The notes: generated from the sequence alone by a model not told the origin. 64,000 nucleotides of DNA from Sedimentisphaerales bacterium (GCA_963663805.2 CAXXMR010000027.1:1-64000); one strand, 5' to 3'. Positions 51,300 through 62,737 are shown, numbered from the stretch's first letter. A program made the numbers and translations.

Positions 51300-53324
51300 C
51301 TACGGGCAGAATGTCGAGGGTTCCAAATTACAAATCAGCCAGTTCTCCGCCATTAGTTTCAGGTCGATAATGTCAACGCCACAATTGTTGTCGATATCGC
51401 CGGGGTAATTGTGGTCACAACCAGTCTCGAAGCTCCAGATCGGTCCAGTATAAACATTGTTCATAAGCACAATATCGACGCGCCAATAATAAACGGTAAG
51501 CTCGTCAAGTGCAATTTCTAATGAATTGCTGTCTTGAAGAATGCTGACCGGTGTTTCCGGCAGGGCAGGTGTGGTTCCTATGTATATGTTATACTGATAT
51601 TGCCCGGCGGGGTAGGCATTCCAGCTAAGTTCGGCATTTGTGGGGACGATTTCGTCGTTATGGGCAGGTGAATGACTTGTAAAATATAACAGATTGCTAT
51701 TTGAGGCAAGGTCGCCGCGTCCGCCGTTTATGTCGGTGGCCGATGTGACATCTTCCATGCTGGTATAACTATTGGTTGCAAGCGAGTAGATGCCGAAGGT
51801 GTCGTTGCCGTCGAAGGTTCTGAAAACGCATATTCGGTCGTCATTCTGATTTGAAAAAGCACAGCCGACCAGTCCGTTACTGGTATCACCGGTCGGCGTG
51901 GCAATATAAGTCAACTGGCCGGTCGAGGTGTCCAGTGACCAGATTTTGTTCGAGTTGCCGATAAGGTAAGCGTTGTTTTGAGAATCAAAGGTCAGGTCGA
52001 TGATGTTGTTGGCCTGGGAATAGTAGTTAGTGCCGCTTAGATTATAAGTTGCGATAATCGAACCGTTGGAATCGTTTATTTTTAGAAGTTGACCGGCCTG
52101 ATTGTCAACCAGCCAGAGATTGTCCTGTTTGTCAAAGGCGGCTGCGGCTGCGAAGTAACTTTGTTCTGTTCCCAACGGCACAACTTCCACTCCGTCGGGA
52201 CCGGCCAGGGTGGTGTTGTCTATCAGAACCATTTGGCTGGCAACAATACCGCTGTTGTCAGTTAAAGCGAAGGCAAGGGCCCTTCCCTGTGAGTTGATCG
52301 CCAGGGCGTCCAGGCAAACATATTCTGACTCCAAAGTTACCATACCGTGACTGGTGATATGGTTGTTGATCAGGTTGATTTCAAAAAAAGCCGTAGGGGC
52401 AGTCGAGTACAAGGGCGCGTCATTAGTTGCGGCGGTTTGTATTCCGTATACCATGTCATACTGAATAAGTGTATCGCCGCGAAACACTGCCATATCACCC
52501 CGGCCGCCTTCATTGCCGGTTACTTCCCGTACGGTGCCATAATATGTATAAGAACCTATAGTCTGGCCCGCTACCGAAAAGGAATAAATCGTGTCGTCAC
52601 CGCCCCAGGTGCGAAAAGCGTATATTTCATCATCGTCGCTGGGATTAACGGCAGCGCCGCACAAGCCGCTGGGCAGGGCTGGGCCGGTAATAGCCGTCAT
52701 TTGGCCGTTTGTCACATCGAGTGTCCAGACCAGGTTGCTGTTACCAACCACATAAGCGATATTCTGACTGTCGAAGCTGAGGTCCAGCACACTGTTGACC
52801 GCACTAGCGTTATATCCACCGCCTGTCAGCGTCACGGACGAGATAATTTCACCGTTGAGGTCGTTAATCTGATGAAGGAGACCGGAAATATTATCGATAA
52901 CCCATAAAATGTTGCTGTTGTCGTAAGCCGCTGCGGTAGCGAAATAGTCCTGCTGGTCGCCCAGGGAACAGGCGGTAATGTCGGTTTGAGACGACGATTC
53001 GGTATCAATTAAAATCAAGGTACTCTGGGCAGTGTCATTGGCGGGATCGGAAATAATAAACGCAACCATTTTGCCGAACGAATTAATCGCCAAGCCATCG
53101 GCTCTGATATAAACACCATCGACCTTTATGTTGCCATAACCAACAAGCTCCTGTGTGGCGGGGTTGATTTCAAAGAGCGAAGTCGGAGCGTCGCAATAAA
53201 CAGGAGCGTTGGCGTTATTAGTTTTGGATTGAATGCAAAATATGCTTCCTGCCTGAGTCTGGGCAATTAAAATGATGTGCATACATAATATATAAGTCCA
53301 GATAAATCGCTTATACATTGCCAT
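51300..53324 (-). CDS. Secreted protein with two beta-propeller-like repeats, an FN3-like domain and a dockerin-like tail
   Basis: Two units each ending GGRGD(M/L)A; YYWRVD; GDIDNNCGVDIIDL. Confidence 0.65.
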   Translation of the reverse strand: MAMYKRFIWTYILCMHIILIAQTQAGSIFCIQSKTNNANAPVYCDAPTSLFEINPATQELVGYGNIKVDGVYIRADGLAINSFGKMVAFIISDPANDTAQSTLILIDTESSSQTDITACSLGDQQDYFATAAAYDNSNILWVIDNISGLLHQINDLNGEIISSVTLTGGGYNASAVNSVLDLSFDSQNIAYVVGNSNLVWTLDVTNGQMTAITGPALPSGLCGAAVNPSDDDEIYAFRTWGGDDTIYSFSVAGQTIGSYTYYGTVREVTGNEGGRGDMAVFRGDTLIQYDMVYGIQTAATNDAPLYSTAPTAFFEINLINNHITSHGMVTLESEYVCLDALAINSQGRALAFALTDNSGIVASQMVLIDNTTLAGPDGVEVVPLGTEQSYFAAAAAFDKQDNLWLVDNQAGQLLKINDSNGSIIATYNLSGTNYYSQANNIIDLTFDSQNNAYLIGNSNKIWSLDTSTGQLTYIATPTGDTSNGLVGCAFSNQNDDRICVFRTFDGNDTFGIYSLATNSYTSMEDVTSATDINGGRGDLASNSNLLYFTSHSPAHNDEIVPTNAELSWNAYPAGQYQYNIYIGTTPALPETPVSILQDSNSLEIALDELTVYYWRVDIVLMNNVYTGPIWSFETGCDHNYPGDIDNNCGVDIIDLKLMAENWLICNLEPSTFCP

Positions 53325-53353
53325 AAGCCTTTCTGTTGCGTTTTAGAGGCATT

Positions 53354-54826
53354 TTATTTTTCCCAGTCCATGAGCAAAAGAGCGAAATCATTCAGGTCAA
53401 CAATGCAGTCATCATTCAGGTCTCCTTGCGGGTGTGATTGGCAGATTGGCTCACCGGAAACGAAACTCCAGACATCCCCGGCATTCAACAAAGTACCGCT
53501 GTCGTCGCGGGTATCGACTCGCCAGTAGTACTCTGTGTTTATATCCAATATTCCCAGTCCGGCATAAGAAAGTTCGGTAACATTGTCCTGGAAAATCAGA
53601 CTTGCCGAGTTAGTCCCAAAATACACATCATAAGAAACTGCTTCTCCAAAACATTGCCAGCTCAATTCGGTTTCAAGCGGCACTTCTGCTTGCTCGTCAT
53701 AAGGTTGGGGATTATAAGGCTGATTCGGTTGGCCGAAATTGCCGTTTACTATGGCAAAGTAAATATTGGGCGAACCTCCTTCATGGCCGGAATAATAACT
53801 AATGTACAAAGTATTACCGTCCAGATAGAGTCCGGCATAACTGTTGTCACCGCCGCTGGGCAGTTCCAGAAGGTCTTCCCAAAGACCGTCTTTGGTGATT
53901 TCGAATAGTCCGGTCATTTTACTGCCGGTCGAAGTACTCTGATATTGACGGCCCGCGGCGAGCAGGCGACCGTTGGGCAAGATAATGAAATTTGGTCCGC
54001 CGATTTCGCGGTGAAGTGAATTTTCATCGAGCAGAGCGTTCCAGCTCCAGGTCGTATAACCGCCGGCCAGATCGGACCAGCCGATATACGCTTGATTCGC
54101 ATATGATCGTACGAGGCAAATCATCTCGTCATTATTGGCAAATCTCAAAGTCATCTCGGAGCTTCTTGCCGGCAGGGGCATTTTGACGACGGCGTTGAAC
54201 TGAATGCCGTCCGTCGAGTTGAAAAGCCAGTGGTCCTGATTGGGATGGGCGGAAATCGAGCGATACGAGGCAGTGTAAGCCATGCTGTTATTCCAGGTCA
54301 GTCGCCAGGGCCATTCCGATTCGTATTGCTGATAAACACCGTCCGGGCCTGCAAATGTTTCTATCATGGGGCCAAACTCGCTATTAACCGAATCCCAGAA
54401 TGATATCCAGGTCTTGCGTCTTTCCAGATATGTCCCTTCATAGTCGGCCCCGGTAAACCAGACCATCAACTGGCCATTGTCGTCCATGGCGAGTTTTGAG
54501 TCCCGCAGGTCAAAGTCGTCCATCCGAAAATCTGCGACTCTGGTCCAGGCGATTCCGTCATTAGATTTGATTACCGCGATTCGACCATCACGTCCACCTA
54601 CATGTGCGTTACTCTCGCGAAAGGTTACAAAGAAACTGTCGCCAACGAAAGCCAGGTCCGTAAAAGCACAATAGCTGTCAATTACGCCGGGCTCACGTTG
54701 GCCCTGCGTCCATATTTTGCGTACCGCCTCAAGCTGCAAATTGAGGTCGGAGGCAAAGGAGATGGAACTGAAAAGAAAGAGAAGTCCGGTGATATTTCTA
54801 ATAAATCTGCTGTGTTTCATTGCCAA
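53354..54826 (-). CDS. Secreted sialidase-like protein with FN3-like and dockerin-like domains
   Basis: AFTDL..FRES, SNDGIAW, DLRDSKL, GGPNF, GGDNSY; GDLNDDCIVDLNDF. Confidence 0.72.
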   Translation of the reverse strand: MAMKHSRFIRNITGLLFLFSSISFASDLNLQLEAVRKIWTQGQREPGVIDSYCAFTDLAFVGDSFFVTFRESNAHVGGRDGRIAVIKSNDGIAWTRVADFRMDDFDLRDSKLAMDDNGQLMVWFTGADYEGTYLERRKTWISFWDSVNSEFGPMIETFAGPDGVYQQYESEWPWRLTWNNSMAYTASYRSISAHPNQDHWLFNSTDGIQFNAVVKMPLPARSSEMTLRFANNDEMICLVRSYANQAYIGWSDLAGGYTTWSWNALLDENSLHREIGGPNFIILPNGRLLAAGRQYQSTSTGSKMTGLFEITKDGLWEDLLELPSGGDNSYAGLYLDGNTLYISYYSGHEGGSPNIYFAIVNGNFGQPNQPYNPQPYDEQAEVPLETELSWQCFGEAVSYDVYFGTNSASLIFQDNVTELSYAGLGILDINTEYYWRVDTRDDSGTLLNAGDVWSFVSGEPICQSHPQGDLNDDCIVDLNDFALLLMDWEK

Positions 54827-54837
54827 TCCTTTTGCTT

Positions 54838-56013
54838 TTAATTGGCCGCTGAGGAGTTATTGAAGTTGCCATTGATGACCGCGAAATAAATGTGAGGTCC
54901 TTTTTGGTGCTTGGAATAATAGCTCATATACAATTTATTTCCGTCGATATGCAGGCCGGGATAACCATTATCGCCGCCGCTGGGCAGTTCGATGGTATCG
55001 GTCCACAAACCATCCCGGGTAATCTCAAAAATTCCGGTCATGGGTCTGCCGCTGGAAGTTTTTTCATATTGACGACCAGAAGCGATCATTCTGCCGTTAT
55101 CAAGAATCAGAAAGTTTGGCCCGCCAATACGCCGATGTGTACCGTCCTTGTCTTTTAGAGGTTTCCAGGTCCAGTTGGTATAATTTTCCGCACGGGTTGC
55201 CCAGCCGATATAGGCGAGGTCTTTGTCACGGCTGCGGCCAAAGCATACAATATTGTCATTTTCAGAAAAACGTAACGCCATTTCACACATCAAAATCGGT
55301 GCTTCCAGTTTGACTACCGGTTTATACTTTATCCCGTCAGCGGACGAGAACAGCCAGTTGTCCCTGTTGTTACTTGATGACACCCATCGATACGAAGCCG
55401 TGAAAGCTTTTCCATTATGCCAGGTCAGAGCCCAGGGCCATTCGGAATTGAACTCCTGATAATTACTGCCGGTATCGGGAATTGTTTCTGTGACAGGACC
55501 AAATGCCGACTTGCTGTCATCCCAGAATGCGATCCAGGTTTTTCTGCCCTGCAAATATTTGTCCTTGTAATCAGCACCGGTGAACCACACTGCCATTTTT
55601 CCCTGAGCATCTATCGCGAATTTGGAGTCCCGCAAATCATAAATATCATTGCGAAAATCCGCTACTCTCTGCCAGTTTTCCCGGTCCTTGGAGCGAATTA
55701 CCGCGATCCTGCCGTTTCTGCCGTAAACGTGCCTGTCACTCTCGCGAAACGTAACATAATAATACCCGTTCAGGAAAACCAGGTCAGTGAAAGCACTGTA
55801 GCTGTCAACTACACCCGGTTGTCGTTCGCTTTGCGCCCATATTTGCCGGACAGATTCGATTTGAAGACTCAGTTCATCGCCTTGGACAGAGTTGAGGATG
55901 GAGATTGTTACTAAAAACGCGGTGATGTATAACTTCCTGTGGTTCACTTCTGGGCCTTTCTGCGATCTTTGTTTAAGGTGAAAGCAGGTCTGAAGACAAC
56001 ATCTCATCCCCAA
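54838..56013 (-). CDS. Secreted sialidase-like protein, tandem paralogue (true start probably near 55947)
   Basis: Same motif series as 53354..54826. Confidence 0.72.
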   Translation of the reverse strand: MGMRCCLQTCFHLKQRSQKGPEVNHRKLYITAFLVTISILNSVQGDELSLQIESVRQIWAQSERQPGVVDSYSAFTDLVFLNGYYYVTFRESDRHVYGRNGRIAVIRSKDRENWQRVADFRNDIYDLRDSKFAIDAQGKMAVWFTGADYKDKYLQGRKTWIAFWDDSKSAFGPVTETIPDTGSNYQEFNSEWPWALTWHNGKAFTASYRWVSSSNNRDNWLFSSADGIKYKPVVKLEAPILMCEMALRFSENDNIVCFGRSRDKDLAYIGWATRAENYTNWTWKPLKDKDGTHRRIGGPNFLILDNGRMIASGRQYEKTSSGRPMTGIFEITRDGLWTDTIELPSGGDNGYPGLHIDGNKLYMSYYSKHQKGPHIYFAVINGNFNNSSAAN

Positions 56014-56050
56014 ACCTGCTTTGTTGGGTTCTAAACGAAAATGGTTTTAC

Positions 56051-58234
56051 TTACTTGCAGGTTGGTACCACGTTGCAAAGCATCCATTCTTCAGTAAACT
56101 TGGCAAAGTCATTGAGATTGACTATGCAGTCGCCATCGAAGTCAAAAGTCGGGTCCTCAGCACAAATCTCCACACCGGAAATCAGGTCGGTGTACAGGTG
56201 GGCAACCGCCACATTGTCCAGAGGATAGCTGAATATTCTGATTTCATCTATGTAACCGACCAGACTCGCCTCGCCGGTAATTCTTCCGCCAAAGACCAGG
56301 GGAACTTCCGGCAGGGCTACAACCGCACCAGTGTTGACTCTTTCGGTTATATATTCACCATCAGCGAACAGTTTCATTGTGCCGACCCCGTCGTAGGTGA
56401 TAGTGAGCAGATGCCAGGCATCATCCGCAAACACGCTGGTAGCGTTAATGGAACCGCCCAGGTTCGGAATTCCGCCCCCGGCATTGCCGTTGGCATAGAT
56501 GTGCATGTAGAAGCCGCCGTTATAGCCCGGTTCGTTATTTCTCATGGGGTTGACGGTTTCGGTCTGAGCGGCATCAAGTTTGATCCAGCAGCTAGCGGTC
56601 ATGCCCAAAGGATAGAAGTCTATCCATTCGGCACCGGGAATTTCAACAATCAGCCCATCGCCGGTAAACTCAAAGGCTTTGCCCGATACCCCGCCAGCAA
56701 CATATCTTGAGCTTGGGTCCGGCGTAGGATTGTTTTCGTTCGGGTCAATGAACGAGCCATGATGGATGCCAAGTTGGTCATTGAGGTTGTCTTCAAACTT
56801 CCAGTGGGCCATCAGACGTTTAGTCCACAACTGGGCGATATTTGACAAAACCAAACCCGCACCATTGGAGGCTTCGCAATAGTAATATCCCTCGTCAGTC
56901 TGCTGAACGCCGGAAATCAGCAATGTTGCGTCAGTGCCTACCTGGGTGTCATCGCCCGGAGTGTTATTAGCGGCATCGAGCGAGCGATACCATTTGTAAC
57001 TTTCGATATTCAGGCCGACAATAGAAAATTCCGCCGGGTCACCAATCGCTGAAATCGTGGATTGAGGGTCTGCTGAAATATAGGGCACCTGCGGTATCGT
57101 GGTGAAATTCCACACACTGCCCGTTTTTGTTGAACCACCAACTATCGCGTCAACACGCCAATAATAAGTGGTGTCATTGATAAGGTCTGCGGGGAATTCG
57201 TAGCTCAGGCCGGTGATGCCGCTTACTACTGTTGTACCCACCGCGCCGAAGTCGTTATCGTCGGCACGGTAGTTAAGTGTATAACTGCTGGGGGTGCCCA
57301 AATCGGGGGCTTCCCAGCTTAAGTCCGTGTCAATGGCGATCAGAATAGAACCATTACCCGGCGTGGGGTTTTTTGCCAGCTCGGTATAGCCCAGAGAGGC
57401 CAGGTCGCCGCGACCGCCTTCGTTGTTGGTAATCGTGCGAATTGAACCTAAATTTACTTCCGTTCCGATTACGTCACCGGCAACCGAGAATTTTTTGACT
57501 GTGTCGTCGCCACCAAAAGTGCGGAATGCGTACATCATGGTATCATCATCCGGGTCGAGGGCACAGCCGCACAAACCACTGGAAAGACTCGCACCGGTAA
57601 GTCTGGTCATTACTCCGGTGTTGACATTAGCTTTCCAAACATAATTTGTATTGCCGACAATATAGCAGATATTTGTACTGCTGAATGCCAGGTCGAGAAC
57701 CGCGTTGGTCTGGGGGGCATAACCGCCGCCGCTCAGAGTGACAGTTGTTATGATTGACCCGTCGTTGTCGTTTATCTGGTACAATTTGCCGGAAATATTA
57801 TCTATAGCCCACAGTTGACCGGAGGTGCTATAGGCTGCCGCGCAGGCGAAATAATTCTGCTCAGCGCCCTTGGGGCTCGCTGCTACCTCTGTCCCTCCCA
57901 GACTGCTCATGTCAAACTCAATCAGTTGGCTTGTCGCGGTGCTGTCAACAGGGTCGCTGATGACAAAACCCACAAGTTTGCCCGGCTGACAAGCCAGCCC
58001 CTCAACACGCACGTCCAGCCCCTGCACCAAAACATTGCCGTGGCTGGTAACAGTATCGGTTGCAGTGTCAATTTCAAAAAGCGTGGTAGGCGGGTCACAG
58101 TAAACCGGGATATTGCCATTATTGGTGGCTATTTGCGTACCGTAAATAGTACCCGCGTAAACGTGATTCGCTCCGGACGAAAAAATCAAACACATCCCGC
58201 AAAGCAGTAATGACAGAATTTTTTTCATACTCAT
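56051..58234 (-). CDS. Secreted multidomain protein: propeller-like, FN3-like, Ig, LamG and dockerin-like
   Basis: GGRGDLA, YYWRVD, DEGYYYC, WHLLTITYDG..GYIDEIRIF, DFDGDCIVNLNDF. Confidence 0.75.
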   Translation of the reverse strand: MSMKKILSLLLCGMCLIFSSGANHVYAGTIYGTQIATNNGNIPVYCDPPTTLFEIDTATDTVTSHGNVLVQGLDVRVEGLACQPGKLVGFVISDPVDSTATSQLIEFDMSSLGGTEVAASPKGAEQNYFACAAAYSTSGQLWAIDNISGKLYQINDNDGSIITTVTLSGGGYAPQTNAVLDLAFSSTNICYIVGNTNYVWKANVNTGVMTRLTGASLSSGLCGCALDPDDDTMMYAFRTFGGDDTVKKFSVAGDVIGTEVNLGSIRTITNNEGGRGDLASLGYTELAKNPTPGNGSILIAIDTDLSWEAPDLGTPSSYTLNYRADDNDFGAVGTTVVSGITGLSYEFPADLINDTTYYWRVDAIVGGSTKTGSVWNFTTIPQVPYISADPQSTISAIGDPAEFSIVGLNIESYKWYRSLDAANNTPGDDTQVGTDATLLISGVQQTDEGYYYCEASNGAGLVLSNIAQLWTKRLMAHWKFEDNLNDQLGIHHGSFIDPNENNPTPDPSSRYVAGGVSGKAFEFTGDGLIVEIPGAEWIDFYPLGMTASCWIKLDAAQTETVNPMRNNEPGYNGGFYMHIYANGNAGGGIPNLGGSINATSVFADDAWHLLTITYDGVGTMKLFADGEYITERVNTGAVVALPEVPLVFGGRITGEASLVGYIDEIRIFSYPLDNVAVAHLYTDLISGVEICAEDPTFDFDGDCIVNLNDFAKFTEEWMLCNVVPTCK

Positions 58235-58307
58235 CGTAATGTCCTCCAGTAAAAGTAGTAAAATATTATTCAATACCTGATTCTTGCTAAACGATCGCTA
58301 GGTTTAG

Positions 58308-59270
58308 TTATGCATTGACTTTTGTCGGCCGGGACTGCGGAATTTCAACCTTGAGATAAGGCCTAGAGCCCAGCCATCCAAAAAAACCTAGTTTGGCCAT
58401 ATCTTTTTCCAGTGCCAGTATTTGGGTGTTCGTCAAAGCCACCAGCGGCAAGCGAGTCGGGCCACAATCCATGCCTACCAGTTTCATCGCCGCCTTGAAT
58501 GCAGCCAGACCACCGTGATCATACAATAACCGACATATGCTCACCGCTTTCAATTGCCATTGGCGAGCGGTTTCCAGGTCACCCTGCTGAAAAGAGTTTA
58601 TTACACGCTGATAAATCGGGGCCGCGAAATTGTACGAAGTCCCCACCGCTGAAGTGCCGCCCACGCTCATAGATGCCAATAGCATTTCGTCCGAACCGAA
58701 CAAAATATTGTAACGACCATCCTGAAAGTTTACGCACCTCTGAAAGTCGTGAAGATTATGAGCACTGAATTTCATGCCAGCCAGATTGGGGAACTGCTTT
58801 TCGCCCAGACGCAGCATTTCCACCGTATCAAAATCTATTCGCGTTGTACGCGGGATGTGATAGTAGTAAAACGGTAATTCCGGGGCAGCATCACAAATAT
58901 GTTTGAGCGTGGCAACCAGAGCTTCAATCGAAACGCACCCGTAATAAATCGGTGGTACCGCTGCCATGGCATCAGCACCTGCCTTAAACGCGTGTTTGGC
59001 TAAGACTTTCGCTTCTTCAATAGATTCATGACCTACCGATACGATTACCGGTACTCGCTTGTTCGCGGCCTTGATATATTCTTCCGCAACTGCCATACGT
59101 TCCTGACAGCTCAGCAACGCTCCTTCACCCGTTCCACCTCCAACATAAAACCCCTTTATATCCTGCTGTATCAGGGACTCTGCTATATCGGAGATTCGAC
59201 CCAGGTCTACCCTGCCGTCTTCCCGAAAGGGTGTAAAAACTGCGGCGATGAGTCCACTACATTTAACCAT
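58308..59270 (-). CDS. nanA: DHDPS-family aldolase, likely N-acetylneuraminate lyase
   Basis: TPF, GxTGEG, YYYHIP, Schiff-base Lys in GMKFS, GSDEML, GTSYN; context of sialidase-like and SSS genes. Confidence 0.72.
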   Translation of the reverse strand: MVKCSGLIAAVFTPFREDGRVDLGRISDIAESLIQQDIKGFYVGGGTGEGALLSCQERMAVAEEYIKAANKRVPVIVSVGHESIEEAKVLAKHAFKAGADAMAAVPPIYYGCVSIEALVATLKHICDAAPELPFYYYHIPRTTRIDFDTVEMLRLGEKQFPNLAGMKFSAHNLHDFQRCVNFQDGRYNILFGSDEMLLASMSVGGTSAVGTSYNFAAPIYQRVINSFQQGDLETARQWQLKAVSICRLLYDHGGLAAFKAAMKLVGMDCGPTRLPLVALTNTQILALEKDMAKLGFFGWLGSRPYLKVEIPQSRPTKVNA

Positions 59271-59404
59271 TATTGTTCTCCAAAATGTCGGCCTATACTA
59301 CACATGCGACATGAAATCACATAAAAATCAAAACTCAAGATACTTTTGAGGGATTGCTTAACTCGCGTTCCCTTTAAAACTTCGCCAATTGAAAACATAC
59401 GAAC

Positions 59405-60178
59405 TTACTTCAGGGTGAATCGATAATCTGAATTTTTCAGATGGTCGGGAGCTTCCTTCAGCTCCAGTTCAGCCACATGCCCGTCAACAAAAAGGATGTT
59501 AGTTTCGTAACTCTTCTCGTCGTGCATCTGGGTATAGGCAAGATACTGAGTGCCGGTCGTAAAATATTCCGAATAAGCGATAGTACGATCACCTAGCATC
59601 ACCATATTGCCTGCCTGTCTGATACTCGCGGACTTTTGATTGTAGAGGGTTTCGACTATGCGATGACCAGCCCCGCCCCATGCTTCACCCTTGGAACTGG
59701 TGGCAAGTCCCTCAATTGGATCCAGATAAACTGCGTTGTAAACGTAACTCGAACCATAAATGTCATAGAAAGGACGGTTGTCATATTCCGACGGAACACC
59801 GGAGCCTTTGCGATAACCTTTATCCATTGGGCAGTAACAAACCTTGGTATCAATATAGGGAGTTAATTTTCTTTCATTGCCCGGAATTGGCTGATAATCA
59901 CCGTTATGGTCACCAACAATATTAACACGATTGTTATGATAAAGAGTCGCCAGGGTCGGCTTGTCTTTTTCCATATACATAGGCAGCATGTCGTCATTGT
60001 CTTCCGTATATACATTAATACCCAGCCCGATTTGATGAATCTGGGTTCCGCAAACAACTTTCTTGGCTGACTCACGAGCTTGCCCCAATGCCGGCAAAAG
60101 AATCGAAACCAGCAAAGCTATGATGGCAACTACAACCAATAGTTCGACGAGGGTAAAAGCTTTGGGGCGATGATTCAT
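59405..60178 (-). CDS. Prepilin-type N-terminal / H-X9-DG domain protein
   Basis: [28 protein letters not shown] and [10 protein letters not shown]. Confidence 0.88.
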   Translation of the reverse strand: MNHRPKAFTLVELLVVVAIIALLVSILLPALGQARESAKKVVCGTQIHQIGLGINVYTEDNDDMLPMYMEKDKPTLATLYHNNRVNIVGDHNGDYQPIPGNERKLTPYIDTKVCYCPMDKGYRKGSGVPSEYDNRPFYDIYGSSYVYNAVYLDPIEGLATSSKGEAWGGAGHRIVETLYNQKSASIRQAGNMVMLGDRTIAYSEYFTTGTQYLAYTQMHDEKSYETNILFVDGHVAELELKEAPDHLKNSDYRFTLK

Positions 60179-60434
60179 GGCATTTTTCCTTTTTCTCAGG
60201 CTATAGACTTTTGTCATCCGATTTCACTGGCTTTATTATCGCAAATTAGCACCTGTGGTTAAATCTCATTTTGCGTTCAATATTTCTCATTCTACGAACA
60301 TTACTTTTTCTTGCAAAAAAAGGAGATCTGTATCAAAAAATGAGAGAAAATGGCATTTTAAGCCGCTAAGACCGAATTATCGGACAAGGAATTATGCTTG
60401 CATTTCTTTGTGTCAGTTGTTTAAAATATTTTTT

Positions 60435-61658
60435 ATGAGCAAAATCCCGAAAGTTATCCTGCGGATTTCATCAGACCTGGAATATGGTAGGGGATTCCTG
60501 CGCGGTGTGGCCAAGTACTCCCGAACACACGGACCATGGCATTTCTACAAACATATTGATGTTATGCTTTATCGCGATGACCCCCACAAGGCCCGCAGGC
60601 CCCTGACCAGACTAGCCAGCCTGCAAGCTGATGGGCTCATGACCCGTGACCCAATCAAAGATAAAAAACCCATCGAAGCCGGCATCCCCACCATTTTCGC
60701 TATTCATACCAAGGAACAGTTACCCTATTACCCCTACGTTATTATGGACCATTTAGCCATCGGTCGAATGGCCGCTGAATATCTCATCCGTCAGGGGTTT
60801 CGTGAATTCGCCTTCTATGGCCACAGTGATATGTTCTGGTCACGTCAGCGTGGGGATGGCTTCACCAGCAAGCTCCAGGAAGAAGGTTTTCAGGTTAATC
60901 TTTATCAGCCGCCCAAAGGCAAGGTTCTCGTCTCTTGGGAGGAAACTCAGGACCATCTGGAAAAATGGCTGTTGAGCCTCAGCAAACCGGTTGGCCTGCT
61001 TGCCTGCAATGATGTTCAGGCTCAGGATATAATCGAGGCTTGCAAAAACAGTGACTTACATGTCCCCGATGATGTAGCCATTATTGGTGTCGATAATGAT
61101 GAATTGCTGTGTGAACTTACCGAACCGCCCCTGACCAGCGTCGCGGTAAATTTCGCTAAGGCTGGCTACGAAGCTGCCGAACTGCTCGACCGGCTTATGA
61201 AAGGTGAGAAAATGGCCGGCCAACGCATAGTAATCAGACCTTCGCGTGTCGTGGCCCGGCAGTCAACCAATATCCTGGCCGTTGAGGATATCGAAGTTCG
61301 CAAGGCAATACGTTTTATTCAGAAAAGTGCTAAGCGGCCCATTGCTGTCGATGATGTTGTTGATGCGACTTTTCTGTCCCGGCGTGTTCTGGAAAAACGC
61401 TTCCGAAAATTATTGAACCATAGCATTATGGACGAAATTAAAAAAACTAGAATAGACCAGATCGCCATGCTCTTGACCGAAACCAGCATGTCTTTGCAAG
61501 ATATTACCACGGCCCTGAATTTTTCCGGCCTGAATAATATGTCAAGATTTTTTCATAGAGAAAAAGGGGCTAGTCTTTCTGAATATCGCAAACGTACTCT
61601 GGCCGGTTGGACAGGTGCATCCTTGGCCCAAAAAAACGGGACGGACGATATGAAATAA
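60435..61658 (+). CDS. XylR-type regulator (periplasmic-binding-protein-like sensor plus AraC HTH)
   Basis: YGRGFLRGV, VPDDVAIIGVDND, SRRVLEKRF; divergent from the catabolic operon. Confidence 0.88.
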   Translation: MSKIPKVILRISSDLEYGRGFLRGVAKYSRTHGPWHFYKHIDVMLYRDDPHKARRPLTRLASLQADGLMTRDPIKDKKPIEAGIPTIFAIHTKEQLPYYPYVIMDHLAIGRMAAEYLIRQGFREFAFYGHSDMFWSRQRGDGFTSKLQEEGFQVNLYQPPKGKVLVSWEETQDHLEKWLLSLSKPVGLLACNDVQAQDIIEACKNSDLHVPDDVAIIGVDNDELLCELTEPPLTSVAVNFAKAGYEAAELLDRLMKGEKMAGQRIVIRPSRVVARQSTNILAVEDIEVRKAIRFIQKSAKRPIAVDDVVDATFLSRRVLEKRFRKLLNHSIMDEIKKTRIDQIAMLLTETSMSLQDITTALNFSGLNNMSRFFHREKGASLSEYRKRTLAGWTGASLAQKNGTDDMK

Positions 61659-61695
61659 CGACCATCCCGCATATTTGATAGTACTATAAACCCAA

Positions 61696-62514
61696 TCAAC
61701 TATTCTTGCGTATTCTGATAGCCATGCCCGCTCCAGCCGTCAACAATAGTACGGTCAAGGGCTCCGGAATTGCTGTGGTGGAGGTATAGATACCGGTAAT
61801 CTGCTGTTCGCTGAGCGTATTGTTGAAAATCGCGAAATCATCAAGGGCACCGGTGAAATATCTCATGCCGCTGGTATGGTAACGCCGGCCCAGCGATACG
61901 CGAGCACCCGGCTGCCACGAAGTTGATGCCGTGGTACTGGTAGCAACACCGTCAACGTAGATTATGGGTATCGCGTCTCCGGTCTCGGAATCTTCTGCTA
62001 CCGCGACAGCTATGTGATGCCAGCCGTCGTCCAGATTAGCGACGCTGGATTCCACCTGACTCAAAACATCATTTTCGCCCCGGCAATAAACCCGAACATT
62101 GCTGCTGCCAAAACCAATGCTGAACTCAACGTCATTATAGGCGTAGGCAAACAATACACTTGCCTGAGCCCAATTGCCGGTTTTGACCCACGTCGAAACC
62201 GTAAAGCTGTCACTTGTTCCGCCCGGAAGATTTTCAGGAGTCGCACTCATCCTGGAGGTATAAACCTCAGCCACATTGCCGCCGCGAAAATCCAGGGCAG
62301 TACCGTATTTACCTGCGACGGAATAGTCATCAAAACTAAAAGCCGGAGTCCCGTTAAACATCGTGGCATCATAAGCCGGGTCAGCCACGCCCGCGGTGTC
62401 GTGAGCTACCGTCCCGGTACTCTCGTCAAAATCATAGTGCAATACCAACGCGGCATTTGATACGCTGGCCCATAAAGCTACAAGCAAAATCAACATTTTT
62501 TTAGTCAATAACAT
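61696..62514 (-). CDS. LamG-domain PEP-CTERM protein
   Basis: Signal peptide, WHHIAV..YVDG..GALDDFAIFN, IPEP plus TM segment and basic tail. Confidence 0.88.
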   Translation of the reverse strand: MLLTKKMLILLVALWASVSNAALVLHYDFDESTGTVAHDTAGVADPAYDATMFNGTPAFSFDDYSVAGKYGTALDFRGGNVAEVYTSRMSATPENLPGGTSDSFTVSTWVKTGNWAQASVLFAYAYNDVEFSIGFGSSNVRVYCRGENDVLSQVESSVANLDDGWHHIAVAVAEDSETGDAIPIIYVDGVATSTTASTSWQPGARVSLGRRYHTSGMRYFTGALDDFAIFNNTLSEQQITGIYTSTTAIPEPLTVLLLTAGAGMAIRIRKNS

Positions 62515-62737
62515 TTTGACCTCCTCAATATTACTGAGATGTACTTTTGCGAACTCACACAGTCCACAGTTTAATATTCATCAATTTACGCACACCAACA
62601 GGAAACACCTGTTTTGGAACAGTATCATCTCTCATGACACGTTTCATTGAACCATCTTTGTGTTTTGAAAAAAAGCTCATTTTGCGGTTAATATTTCTCA
62701 CTATGCGAACATTAGTTGCCAAACAATCGAAGAATAA

